From assembly GCA_965637545.1 (NCBI GenBank), contig OZ281500.1, positions 22,196,001 through 22,260,000 on the forward strand: a stretch of DNA of 64,000 nucleotides. Reading direction: 5' to 3'. The notes under the pieces are model-generated. The model saw only the letters and a program-made list of their open reading frames with translations, searched no databases and was not told where the DNA came from. Below are positions 12,401-24,101 of the stretch, one piece after another (within the stretch, counting starts at the first letter, position 1; each line of letters starts with the position of its first letter). Made by a program: the position numbers and the translations under genes. The DNA comes from Phallusia mammillata. Lineage: Eukaryota.

Positions 12401-15400
12401 AACACTCATTTGACCTGGACTTATTCTGAAAAAAAACTGTCCGGATTACGCAAAGATCCGATATTGATTGGCCTTACCACATTACAAATCATTTGTAACT
12501 TAAGTTTTGCCTGAATTAGGGGAAGATCCGGGTTAACTGAATACTGTCCGAGGTTTGCTGTTTATAATCAAAATATTTACTGTTTAATTTCGCTTAAAGA
12601 AGGAGCTATACATTATTTAAATAGCAACAATTGAATCATATATATACCAGTTTTTACTCAAAGAGCACAAGTTTTTCAGGATAAATGAGTAGATATGCAT
12701 ACAAGTCAAATGATATGGACTTACGTCGCTTTGTCAAATCTAGCAAAAAAATCTTCCAAAATAGGCCAGTTATATATATATTGTGCACAAAACATCAACA
12801 GAAATGTTTTTTTGCAGTTTAAAAAAAGATGATTTCATCCACAACACAAACCTACAAGCATTGTTTCTTTCCAACACAAGTATCATTACAATGCATGAAA
12901 GTCCATTTCGACTACTGACCAACCTGCAACACCTGGATTTGTCACGCAACAAAATAACTATTATTCCTACACATGTCTTTTTCCAGGTATGACTGATATA
13001 AATTGCCCACAAAAAAACGAACAGTTTAAACTGTCATAGTTATTTTGCATATAGATTTTGAAACATTGTGTTAAAAAACTTGGAACCAATATTTTTGTTC
13101 AGTTTTGCCGAAAAGTAATTAAAGTGATTGTAAAACAGGAATGGAGTACTCAAGACCAACTTTTAACCAATAAACGTTTAGTCAGCGAACAATTTAAATG
13201 AAACAGCAAACCACCAATGACAACCAAGCACAAAAAACTAAAAACTATTCTGCATGTAAAAATTCTAAAAAAAACATTTTCTGACAATTTTTCAATCATA
13301 AGTCAAGCTATATTATTATTTGTACTTGGCACATCAACAAACTTGTCAACTGTTTAATTAAACAACAAGACACAAAAATGGATTTCAAAACAAGAATCTA
13401 CTATGCTTCATTTTGCAGCTTGAGAATTTACAAGCGTTGAATTTGTCACATAACAACATAAAGGAGCTTTCCTCCGGAGTTTTTTACACACTGAAAAAAC
13501 TGACTGATGTTGATCTGCTGGATAATCCACTGGTTTGTGATTGTGGCATCAAATGGCTGAAAGCCTTGCAGGTAATTTTATGAATTGAACATGTTACAAA
13601 TTTCAAATAGAGAAACAAAATCATAGAAGTAACTATAACATTGGCATGCACATTTTTTAGCTAACTTTGTCAAAATATGAATTTTTGCGCATCTTTAAAT
13701 TGCACTTATGACTTTGCCATTAAACAATTTAAATTAGTTTTGGCACAAAACGTTTACTTGTCAGGGCAAAAACTTTAATTAAGTTAAGTTGATTTCGGTT
13801 AATAGCGACACAATTGTACTAAAACAATAGGAAATAGATGTGCAATTGTTAAAATGTTATATACCACAGACAATAGAGGGCAATTGGTGGCCAACTGACC
13901 AACGATGAAATTATTATATGCAAACATTCCATTGAAATAAGGTCAAAAAAGGAGTGAATAACTTAAGCAAGCTTACTTAATACTATTCCTTTAAAGGTTG
14001 TAAAAATTCGAGAACACTTTAATCTTCAAGGAAAATGTGCAGACCCATACAGTGGCACTGATATCGTGCAGTTGTCGGCTCAAAAATTTGTTTGCGAAGT
14101 TCCACAATTTGTAAAAGATGAACAAGAGACAATTGTGGCACTTCTTGGTACTACAGCTTTTCTGCCTTGCAAACCTGACCATGGTGTACCAACTCCAACA
14201 ATAGAATGGCATTACCTGGATGCTACCACACCTGAAGTAAGTTAATCTAATGCTCATTTCATTTTTTTTACCGTAAGAGCGCACTTACAACACGCAAAAT
14301 ATTGAAGGTCCTTTGAACTGTGTACTACAAAACGCATTGGAAAAAGACTAGTTCTGCAAGGTTGTGTAGGTAAAGAAATATTGGGTTAAGATAAGATGAA
14401 CGTAAATTCATAACTGGGATCAGCCCTGAAGCGTCTATGCAGACCAGCGATCATGGCACACTCATATATAAATCACAGTACGCCAGGCCCATTGAAGGTG
14501 CCATACCGAATCAGCCGGTCACCAAGCATTCAACACCATATGACAAGGCGTAGGCTACAAAAATCTATCCTGCGGTGGGATTCAAACCCACGACAAGAGT
14601 CTGTCCGGGACTCGCGCTCTACCAACTGAGGTGGTGTATGCTTGGTGACCGGCTGATTCGGTATGGTGCCTTCAATGGGCCTGGCGTACTGTCCTTTAGG
14701 TTAAAATATATACATATTGCTGGCCAAGTCTAAGTTCATGTGATTTTGGTATACTAAATCTAAAACTGTTGAACCCTGTTTAATGAGACGGCATATTTTG
14801 ATCAGTGCTTTAAAAAGTACATGACTCAAAATTATGTCTAACCATGAAATACAGTAAACCGAATTCAGTTAACCCCGATCTTCGCATAATGTTGACAAAA
14901 CTTGAGGTACAAATGATTTATAATATGGCAAGGCTTTAACTAATCGAAAATCGATCAGTCAATCCATACAAAATTTTTGGTCCAATAGGGTCTGGAGTAA
15001 CCTAGATTGCTGTATAGCCAAAGTCTTCAACAACAAAGTACAAAATATCACAAATTCCTTTTTGCAGAAGGCAACCCACTATCAACTGTTGGCAAATGGA
15101 ACATTAAGAATCCCATCGGTAAAAAGCAAAGATTATGGAAAATATATGTGTGTCGCAAGCAACAGACTTGGACAAGCAAATCAAACTGTTACTCTCGCTC
15201 AATTTGCACCACCAGGTAAGAAAACAGCTACAAACTCAACATTGTTGAGCTTGTTTTAAGTATGTATTTCACATATGCGTGTTTTACAGATCAGTCAACT
15301 GGTGGATCTAGCGCTGTAGCTGGAGTACTAATAACACTTGCAATCATTGTGTTACTAGTTTTGCTGGTTTTGTATGTCTACAAAAGACGTTCCTACAAAT

Positions 15401-17591
15401 CACTGAGAAGTGGACTTTATGGTAAGACACAATGTCCCTAAGTTGTATACCTTTTTGTAAAGCAAAAATCAATGATTAAAAAGAAATGTTTACTATTCAA
15501 GATTTTAATTTTTTGTATAAATGGTTGGGAAAGTGACTTGCCAGGCATTTGCATATTTTGTTTTTATTTGCATTAGGATTGTAAATTCTGCAGCCTCTTG
15601 TTTAGAAAATCATGGGTAGCACACTAACTGACATATTCCACAGATGTCATGTCCGGGGACACAGAAAATGAAAGAACTTCAATCTCAAAACCGAAAGAAA
15701 AGTAGCACTCAGTTAATTAAACTATATTGAGTCTTGAAGTGCAATTGCAAAAATTTATGCATGAAACGCAGCTTGAAAAGAGTTTTGGTAATTGTTTACT
15801 TGTTAAATTGGCATCAGTTGTGTAAAAGTTTAAGAGTGAACTGAACAAGTAAAAATATATTCTATTGATTTATGGTTGCATGTGACATTTGTAAAGTGCA
15901 ACGTTGGAAAGAAAATGTGTCAATTTAGTCATAATGGTAGTGTTTGTGGTGAAGCTATTACCAACAGTAATGTGTACTGTATATTTTATTTGTAATCTAT
16001 TTATTTCGTTATTTGTATCACATAAAATTATGTTCCCCTATTTTATTGCACAATGTTCATTTCAATGGTCATGAAATTTTGCATTCCTGCAAAATTATAA
16101 GTAGTACAGTAGACAGGGCAACATAAAATATGAAAATGGCCTACTAGACACATTTGTAACTGTCATAATCTGTGTCATGTGTGCTTGCTTTATGGTGATT
16201 TAAACTAAATGTGGTATCTACATGTTTTGGTTTGATGATTAGAGAATATAAATCAGAAACAAAGAGCAAAACAAAAAAGAGAAAAAATGTGCAGACCTGT
16301 TGTGTTGGTCGGAGTAGAACATATTTTGTATCAAAAAACTCTGGACCGGCAGCGATGCGGTAATCCCTGATTTCAGCTACGATGCAACCTGATGTAAACA
16401 TCCCACCATGGAAGTTTTCAAATGTCTCAATCAGCATAGGAGGGATCTAATATTTACAAAATGTTGTAAGACAATGAAATAAAACTAACATGCATGTTTT
16501 CAATATATATGTTTTAAATGTAAGTACTGTAATAGTCAATTCCGCCTTCAATTGAATATGACACTTTAATTACTTTAGCCAATTCCTCTTACAGTATGCT
16601 ACATCACACAGAAACATACTTTTTAGCAAAGGTTTTTTTTAACAGCATTTGTTAATGTGTTGAACGAAGGTTTAGCCATGGGCAAAACCCAGGGTTTATG
16701 CTCTATGACGATAAACATAGTTTAGGCACTAATTTGCATCAGGTCAATTTTGTGTGAATAATTTTTTTTAGGTATTTACCTCTCCATTGTCAATGTGTTC
16801 AAGAATTTCATATTCCTCGTATGGCAGTGGTTTCGATTCAGTGCAATGGCCTGTTGCTGTTTTAAACATCAGAGAATATCCATTTTCCAGTGGAAACAAG
16901 TTGACAATCAATCTACTTAGGTCTTTGTTTTTCTTGTACAGTTGGTGTAGTGGATTGGTGTACATGTGAAAATGCTGAAAAAGTGACAACAGATAAATAT
17001 TACTTAAACATACACAATTTTACATTTACAAAAGTTTAGCATAGTTGCAGAATTTGATAAGCGGTAAAGACTACATATTTTACACCACTAAATCAAAACC
17101 ATTACTATCTTCCTGATTTAATAACACAAAACAAATAGAAAATGTTCAACTAAACTAAGAATACAAATCATAACAGAAAAGTCAGAACTACTTATTGCTT
17201 TTGAAACATTCCAGCACACATCATGTACACAGGAGCGAAATGTAATAACTATTTTGGAGACCAACCTTTGAGAATGGTTCATGTTCATCATCAGAAGTTT
17301 CATCTCGTTCTTCAGCTTCAGCAAGTTGACTGTACAATGATCTCCATTTTGTTGATGTTGTATCTTTTTGCACTAACTTTAATCTCTTTTCTGCACTTTG
17401 CATCAGAAACTAAGAAACAAAAATATGTTGAACAAAAATAGTCACTTTTTGGTTTAAAATGGGCTAATTAACAATTGTTTATGCCTTTAAAGCTGTTAAT
17501 TGAAATTTTTAGTGATAAAAAACGACAAGAATGACACTTTAACGTTTTACATGTTTACCTGGCTGTCAAGCAACATATATTTCGAGAACAT
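428..17591 (-). CDS. SUPT20H: SAGA complex subunit Spt20 (SUPT20H/FAM48A/p38IP) homolog; multi-exon, 3' end unresolved near the window start
   Basis: Phase-consistent GT-AG exons (minus): 17559-17591, 17266-17409, 16780-16974, 16297-16446, 8231-8301, 6234-6365, 5746-5902, 5156-5275, 4367-4536, 3742-3838, 3217-3357, 2176-2336, 1494-1671, 648-720, 428-531 (642 codons, no stop yet). Peptides [110 protein letters not shown] and QYQELF match human SUPT20H, from memory, in the same order. The low-complexity exons below 3357 and the first exon are less certain. Confidence 0.88.
1208..1422. mobile_element. hAT-type MITE
   Basis: TIR cagtggttctcaaact / agtttgagaactactg; 8-bp flanks ccgtaggc / ccgcaggc (7/8). 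Confidence 0.85.
4045..4240. mobile_element. hAT-type MITE family A, copy 1
   Basis: Near-identical to 28046-28239; TIR cagg(t)ttttttaagg / ccttaaaaaacacactg; TSD ggtgtagg / ggtgtatg. Confidence 0.9.
5470..5639. mobile_element. Tc1/mariner(pogo)-type MITE family C
   Basis: TIR cagaaaaccttggttaatccg / cggattaaccgaggtatactg flanked by TA on both sides. Related copies at 10077-10236, 12397-12546, about 14852-15000, and a split copy at 6683-6752 + 8107-8187. Confidence 0.8.
6754..8106. mobile_element. Non-autonomous Helentron/HINE-like element with internal tandem repeats
   Basis: It splits a family C MITE in two with no TSD. Subterminal inverted repeat cacatattg (6772-6780) / caatatgtg (8072-8080); 3' hairpin gtcccctt-caggg-aaggggac (8080-8100); internal ~158-bp tandem units. 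Confidence 0.6.
7551..8015. repeat. Tandem repeat, ~157-159 bp unit x3 (plus older degenerate units from ~7097)
   Basis: Unit acccattttagggg..gcggggtaaatactggggttatcaac...tgtaaatttcagccaaat...gagtcggacaaactt starts at 7551, 7708 and 7867. Confidence 0.92.
10077..10236. mobile_element. Tc1/mariner-type MITE family C copy
   Basis: Same TIR (cagttaacatcggttaatccgg ... ccggattaaccgaggtttacc) and internal sequence as 5470-5639, in the opposite orientation. Confidence 0.75.
10838..15705 (+). CDS. LRR-Ig single-pass membrane protein, LINGO-like (594 aa), nested in a SUPT20H intron
   Basis: Exons 10838-11405, 11834-12004, 12209-12350, 12818-12986, 13419-13571, 13997-14236, 15068-15215, 15290-15421, 15644-15705 give 1785 nt, in frame. 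Domains: signal peptide, LRRNT (CPSSCMC), about 12 LRRs, LRRCT (NPLVCDCGIKWL), Ig (LPC..W..NGTLRI..DYGKYMCVASN), TM (AVAGVLITLAIIVLLVLLVLYVY) and a short tail. LHIGDWPYL resembles LINGO1 LEISHWPYL. Confidence 0.9.
12397..12546. mobile_element. Tc1/mariner-type MITE family C copy (degenerate)
   Basis: Shares gtccggatta..aagatcc..ccttaccacattacaaatcatttgta..aagttttg with 5470-5639; starts tacagtaa and ends tactg. Confidence 0.65.
14476..14691. mobile_element. tRNA-derived SINE-like repeat within 54-bp inverted arms
   Basis: Arms 14476-14529 and 14638-14691 are 52/54 complementary. Between them on - lie an A box (tcagttggtagagc) and a B box (ggtttgaatcc). The same body sequence occurs at 2934-3003, 20404-20477, 20527-20568 and 30290-30412. 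Confidence 0.75.
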
Positions 17592-17594
17592 GAG

Positions 17595-18046
17595 CTGAAA
17601 CAAAACATCGTGTGCAAATAATGAGACATTAGAAACAACTTACTTCTGCGGAACTGTAGTGGTTTTGTAGCACAGGCACCGTCATGACATGTAGAAATAC
17701 CGCTTGCCACTTGTAACATGAAAACTATCACAATACGAGAGCCAAAAACACAAAATTTCTACCCTAAAAATTTGCCAAATTCGTTCCTGTCTGATTGTCA
17801 ACAACTCAACAGTCAACACGCGCGTAAGAAAGGTAGCTCACAGCGCCACCTAATGTGCGCTTTAAACAATAACATTGAAATGTTTTTTCCCCCCAATCAA
17901 TACCAACGTTAACATCCATTAAAATGCTGAGAATATGCGAAGAAGATGCTGATTGTATCTGGCCCGCAAATGGGTAGTTGCGGTTTTTGCTTCTTTTTTA
18001 GATAAGTTGCAATTTGAACAAAGTAAAATCATAGTCAACTAGTAAA
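17595..18046. promoter_or_regulatory. Short head-to-head interval between SUPT20H and DPYS copy 1 (probable bidirectional promoter)
   Basis: Divergent start codons ~450 bp apart, an upstream SUPT20H donor at 17642, and a CTCF-like cagcgccacctaatgt at 17841-17856. Function is inferred. Confidence 0.45.
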
Positions 18047-21000
18047 ATGACCACCAAACATCGTCTACTAGTGAAGGGTGGAAAAGTTGTTAATGCCGAC
18101 AGATCATTTGAAGCGGATGTTTACATTGAAGATGGAAATATTTCTCAGGTATTTTGTAGGCAAAATAACTAATGTAGTTTTTGTGTATTCTTATAAGTTC
18201 GCATTTTTGCAAAAAAGTCTTAATTTAAGCTGATTGCTATTTACCTGAAGGTTGGAAAGAATCTTGAAGTCCCTAGTGGCACACGGACCATCGATGCAAG
18301 TGGAAAAATTGTTATGCCAGGTGGAATTGATACCCACACCCACATGCAACTGCCGTACATGGGAATGTGTGTGAGTTACAACACTCAATTCTGCTTTAAC
18401 GAAGTGGTATTTTTTCAGTTGTTGCGTAAACGAATATGACATTTTTCGTCAGTTTTAACAAGTAATGGGTCAAAAGTTGAAGGCGCCCATATGGTCGAAA
18501 GTTTTAGCGACCCAAAGTTCCGGTTTCAATGTTGGTCATTGCCAAAAAAATATGCCAGCATTAGTAAATACATATTGAATCAATATCCAATATTATCTGT
18601 ATAGTTACATTTCGCATTTCTTTTTTTACGGGTTTCGAACCCAGGACGCTCCCGGGGACGAATCCTGGTCAGGTTTTTGTGTCTGTATGTGGGTCAGGCG
18701 CGCCCGGCCATTCAACATCAATCAAACTTTAAACACGTACGCAACAAACATAAAACGCTTTTAAAAACCTGAACGCGATAATTTGAGGTCGCACACTTTT
18801 GTTCTCTGTCGCACGTTTGAATGCAAACAAAGCCATTTTAAAATGTGCTTTGTGACTAGAGGCAGCGCCACTTGAGCTTGTCTCAAAATACGCATGTGTA
18901 GATATCTTCCCAGAAAAGCGTGCAATCGCTACTTGCTCTGGTTAAATTAATTGTTTTTAATGCTTTTTTTCCGGCTTGGGTCGAAACTTATGCATCCGGT
19001 TTCAATGTGTTGAGGTAATGCCGTTCAAGTTTACTGGTAAGGGAAGCATAAGTGGGTGAGAACGGATTAGAACCCACAAACTTGTGAACAGGCTAACCAC
19101 TTAGCTATATTGTTGACTTTAAATATTCATGACTATTCTCAAATAAACATATAAAATGGGACCCATGTGTTTATGCATACAGAAAAGTTTTTTCATACTG
19201 CAGAAAAAGACAGGCAATATAAAATTGAATGCTCTCTGGTTGCCACAAGGGGCCATTTTCTCACAAGGAAGGATTTTTATTTGCTCACATGAGAAGCTGG
19301 GGTAAAATTGCACAATGAGGTCGGTTTCGATGGGATGAACTTCAGTTTGCAAAAGCAAGTTGCACCACATTAAGTATATTTGTGCAGTGGTGGACTAAGG
19401 GAGGTGACCTTAACCCACACCAAACATTGTGCAAAAAGATCAAATAGGGATGTGATCTTTTGCACATCCTAAAATGAAAAACGTTGACAAATTTCTGTAT
19501 AATTCAAAATATGATTCTTGTCTGTAGGCAATAGATGATTTCTACATTGGAACAAAAGCCGCCCTTGCCGGGGGCACAACAATGATCATTGACTTTGCAA
19601 TTGCCTTCAAGGGGGAGTCCCTAAAAGAGGCTTTCATGAAGTGGAGAGGTTGGGATGACCCGAAAGTTTGCTGTGATTATGCTTTGCATGTTGCTGTCAC
19701 ATGGTGGAGTGAAAAGGTGAATTTCCTACAAGAAAAAAAAATATTTAAAAATATTGATTAAAATGGATCTGCATTTGATTGCCATTTTGTGTGCCAACCA
19801 TTTACGTATAGTAAATTATTAGTTTTGCAACATAGTACATACACATTGTTAAAGTACATATTTTTTTATTTACACTTTTTACTTTTTGAAGCAGACAAAG
19901 CGATTAAATTAACACCATTTTTTTTCAACACCATTGGCTTAAAAATGATTTTTTTGTACAAACACATTTGATTTTTCTGCAAACAAGTACAAGTAACATT
20001 TTGAGAGTAGTTGGTGATTTTATGTTTAAAGTTTTTTAAACTTTCATAGACATGTTTGATTCTTAAGTTTTAAAACGTACAGTATTTTTTCGACATATCA
20101 AATCACCAAATTAAATTGAGAAATTTTAGGTCAGTGAAGAGATGGAAGAATTGGTCACAAAATTTGGAGTGAATTCATTCAAGTTATACATGGCATACAA
20201 AGATCTTGTCATGGTTGGTGATATGGAAATGTATGAGACAAGAACTAGGAGCAATAGTTTTATGTCATGCAAAAAACGGGGAAATTGTTGACCAGGTATA
20301 TATTCTGCAGTGTTTTTAGGTAATATTCTGTGACTTCAATAGAGGTTTTAACACCAATAGTTTGTTAATACCTATGACATACTCATCCATAAATCATAGT
20401 ACACTAGGTCCATTTAAGGTGCCATACCAAATCAAGTCGGTGTCACAAGCATTCCTGTATGGCAAGGCACAGGCTAAATAAGCATGCAAGGCAGGCAATA
20501 GTGCTTGTGATTAAAGTTTCAGCAGTTTGCCATGTGGGAATGCTTGGTAGACCGACTTGATTTGGTATTTGTGGCAATGTAATAATTGCACACTGTTTTT
20601 CTTGAATAAAGACTAATGCATGCATTAAATAAGTTTGTTTTATTCATGCAAAGACTATATTAAAGCCCTTACAACTTACAGGTTAATTTGATGCAGTTCA
20701 TTATTAAATAAAAAATGGAGTGTAGAACAGGTTAATCAATGATGCTTCATCTGCAATAAAGAATAATTTATCCAATACCGTATCATTTATAACCCTTTGT
20801 TTAGGAGGCAAAGAAACTGGTTAAACTTGGCATCACAGGACCAGAGGGACATGCAATGAGTCGGCCCGAAGAGGTAGAAGCTGCTGCCACTGCTCATATT
20901 TGCATGATCGCAAACAGGGTAAGTGTAAGTGAGTAAATCTGCTCCCAGCTAATGTGTCTTCACTGACAGCCTAAAAGAAAAAAACAGAAGTGACGATTGA

Positions 21001-23284
21001 TTACTGTTTAACAAAAGTTTTGCAGGAAGACATAATTAAAACGGTAACTGCCTGTCTGTTTGTGGCATAAAAAACAATAAATATGTGGGTAGTTGTTATA
21101 ACTTCAAATTTAACACAGTATGTGCATTAAAGTCTTACAAATGCTTCAAATACTAACATCTTCATTTGTACTTAAAAAGTAACACTTTTTGACACACCAA
21201 CATCTGTCTACAAAAGTGTCATTTTGGCATTATGTTTTAGACATTTTTTTTGTTTTTCATGTTTGTTCTCTTAAAACATTGCAGTTAAATTGCCCTCTGT
21301 GCATTCTTCATGTAATGAGCAAGTCTTCAGCAGATGTGATAATAGAAGCAAGAAAAAGAGGTATGGGTAAAAAGATAAAAAAGGTATTTTATGGGAACTT
21401 TTGTTTTAACGTTTTAATACTGTTCACTGCTAGAAGTTTGTTCAAAAACTCTTTTTCGTTGCAGGCAATGTTGTATTTGGGGAATTGATTGCAGCATCTT
21501 TGGGCACAGATGGAACGAACTACTGGCACAAATGTTGGAGACACGCAGCTGGGCATATTATGACTCCACCACTAAGACCCGACCCTACTACACCAGAATA
21601 TCAAATGAGGCTGCTTGCAGGGTACAAAACTGGCTTAATATACATTAAAATAGATGCTTTCTTCACTGAATCTTCGTGAAAATGCTAAATTACTTATACA
21701 TGCCTTTCCAAGCAACAGAAGAAATTAATTGAATGTTTAGGTTTGCAAAATACATTACTCGTAATGACCAATTTAATGTTCCACTTTATTGCCTGAATAT
21801 CTTGCATTGCCCTGTTTATGTTTACTCCTTGTTTAGTGGCCAAATAGAATTCACTGGTACTGATAATTGTACGTACAGCACCAGTCAAAAAGCACTAGGA
21901 AAAGATAATTTTACTCAAATTCCAAGTGGAGTAAATGGAGTAGAAGACAGAATGTCAGTGATTTGGGAGGTGAGATAACAAAATAACTCCAAAAGACTAA
22001 TTTTAGTTGACATTGTAATATAATTTAACTTGCTAGGTTTATTGTGGAATCACATAAGGTGGTCATAGAAGTCACTGTGTCTACATGCATGGTATCTTAC
22101 TTATACAGAAAGGTGTGGCAAAAGGTATTCTGGATGAAAACAAATTTGTAGCAGTGACTAGCACAAATGCTGCCAAGATTTTCAACATGTATCCACGGAA
22201 GGGGGTTATTGCACCTGGTTCTGATGCAGATATTGTTGTGTGGGATCCAAATGCAACAAGGTAGTACAGTGAAGAAAAATACACAGTCTTGTATGTGTGC
22301 ACATACACATACAGTCCAATGCATAAATTTTTTGGTTTCACTATGTCAATGGTTATCAACACTTTTTTCTCTCATTTGCCCCTTGGCGGGTGTAGAAAGT
22401 AATATTTTCTTCTGCAAAACATCGGCTCTATGTAGATTGTCTAATACATATTAAACTGGCCCAAATGTTTGAAAATATTTCATTTCTTCACTTGCATATG
22501 CTCTGTTTTGAAAATTATAAGGACCATCTCTGCAAAGACTCACCACCAAGCAGTGGACTTCAACATATTTGAAGGGATGGTTTGTCATGGTGTAACTGTC
22601 TACACAATAAGTCGTGGAAAAGTGGTTTACGAAGATGGAAAGTTTACTGTTTCAGCTGGTGATGGAAAATATGTTCCAAGGTACCAAAGAATGTGAAGAC
22701 ACAAAAATATAACAAACACTGTTCGGCCATCACAAGCCATTACTTAGGTTGGCTTTTGGCAATTTAGAAGCTGGTTCACCAGTACCTAATTTTGTCTTGT
22801 TTTACAGAAAACCTTTTAGCAATTATGTGTATGACCGTGTACAGAAACGGAAAGAATTGTTAATGCCGGTTCCAGTCAAACGGGAGCCATATACAGGTTT
22901 GTATATATATACATTTATTTTGCTAAGATCATGATTGAGGTACCTCATTCTCTGCATGGGTTGACAACTAAAAAAATGCAGTTTCTATCATCAGGTGCAT
23001 CAGCATCTACAGAAGTTTACCTAGATGTATAATGGAACACTAGTATATAATGATTAATGAGGCTTCCGTTTAAAGAGCTCTGGGGCATATATTTTTTTGG
23101 ACAAATATGGCTGTAAAGAGTGTATTGTTTCTAGTTGTTTTCTGTCTTAAAGTCATGAATCTGAATGCCCTTGTGTATTTGACCTCTAACAAACTTTTAT
23201 GCAGGACCTATATATGGACCCAAAGACCAACCTACACATTCTAGTTCAGTGAACTCACACCCCGCAACTGAGACTAATCAGTGA
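18047..23284 (+). pseudogene. DPYS: Dihydropyrimidinase copy 1, frameshifted (probable pseudogene or null allele)
   Basis: Exons 18047-18148, 18251-18370, 19528-19716, 20130-20295, 20805-20918, 21285-21360, 21465-21621, 21837-21969, 22109-22260, 22522-22680, 22808-22896, 23205-23284. Exon 4 is 166 nt versus 180 nt in copy 2 (14-nt deletion after 20240), giving TGA at 20289-20291. The repaired length would be 516 aa. Confidence 0.85.
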
Positions 23285-24101
23285 CATTCAAAACACTTGC
23301 ACTTGAGTTCTGGTGCCCCAGTGTGATTCTGTGAACAATTCCAAAATCAAGTTCAAATGGTTTTTAATGACATATCCAGAAAATATATATAAACAGACAT
23401 AGTTTTGTACATTTTGTTTAACTTTTTTTGCTGCATGGTATACTTCTAAACACTTTGCTACAATGTGTCATTTATTTAGGACTTTTGTGTCTTTCAGTGT
23501 GAGTGTTTTTAAGTGCAATAAACAAACACATTAAATTATAAATGCTTACTTTGGTGTCACTGTGATCAATAATATCTTCATCTCTTATGTCAGCGAGTTA
23601 GCTTCTGTGTTATACTGATGTTTTACAATGCAAGGTCTCATTTGAATTCACTAGAAACAGATTTAAAAGTTTATAACAGTAAACACACAACATTTTACAT
23701 TAAATAAGAATAACAAAAAAGCAGAAAAAACTCAAACTTACCGGATCATATTTAGTGATATGTGAACAAAATGTATTTTTAATGCAAAAGTGCTGCTACA
23801 ATTTTTTAACAGAGCAAAAAACTCAGCCCAACAGCGTTGGCTGGCGGTTGCCGCACAAAATAACATTTAAATGTATTGAGAAAATCCCCCCTAGCAAAAC
23901 CGGTATAGCACGTTGCAAAAAAATTGTGTTTACATCAACCGTTGACGAACGTGTTCTCGAAATTGATGAAAGTTTACAGCCGTTACCAACATGAATGCTT
24001 GCGCGCAAAAGAATCGCTATTTTTTTATTTATCAGTATTTTTTTAGTTCTGTAGATTGCAAGTTGCAAAGTTATATAATATTTTGTTTTAAAGTTTGCAA
24101 A

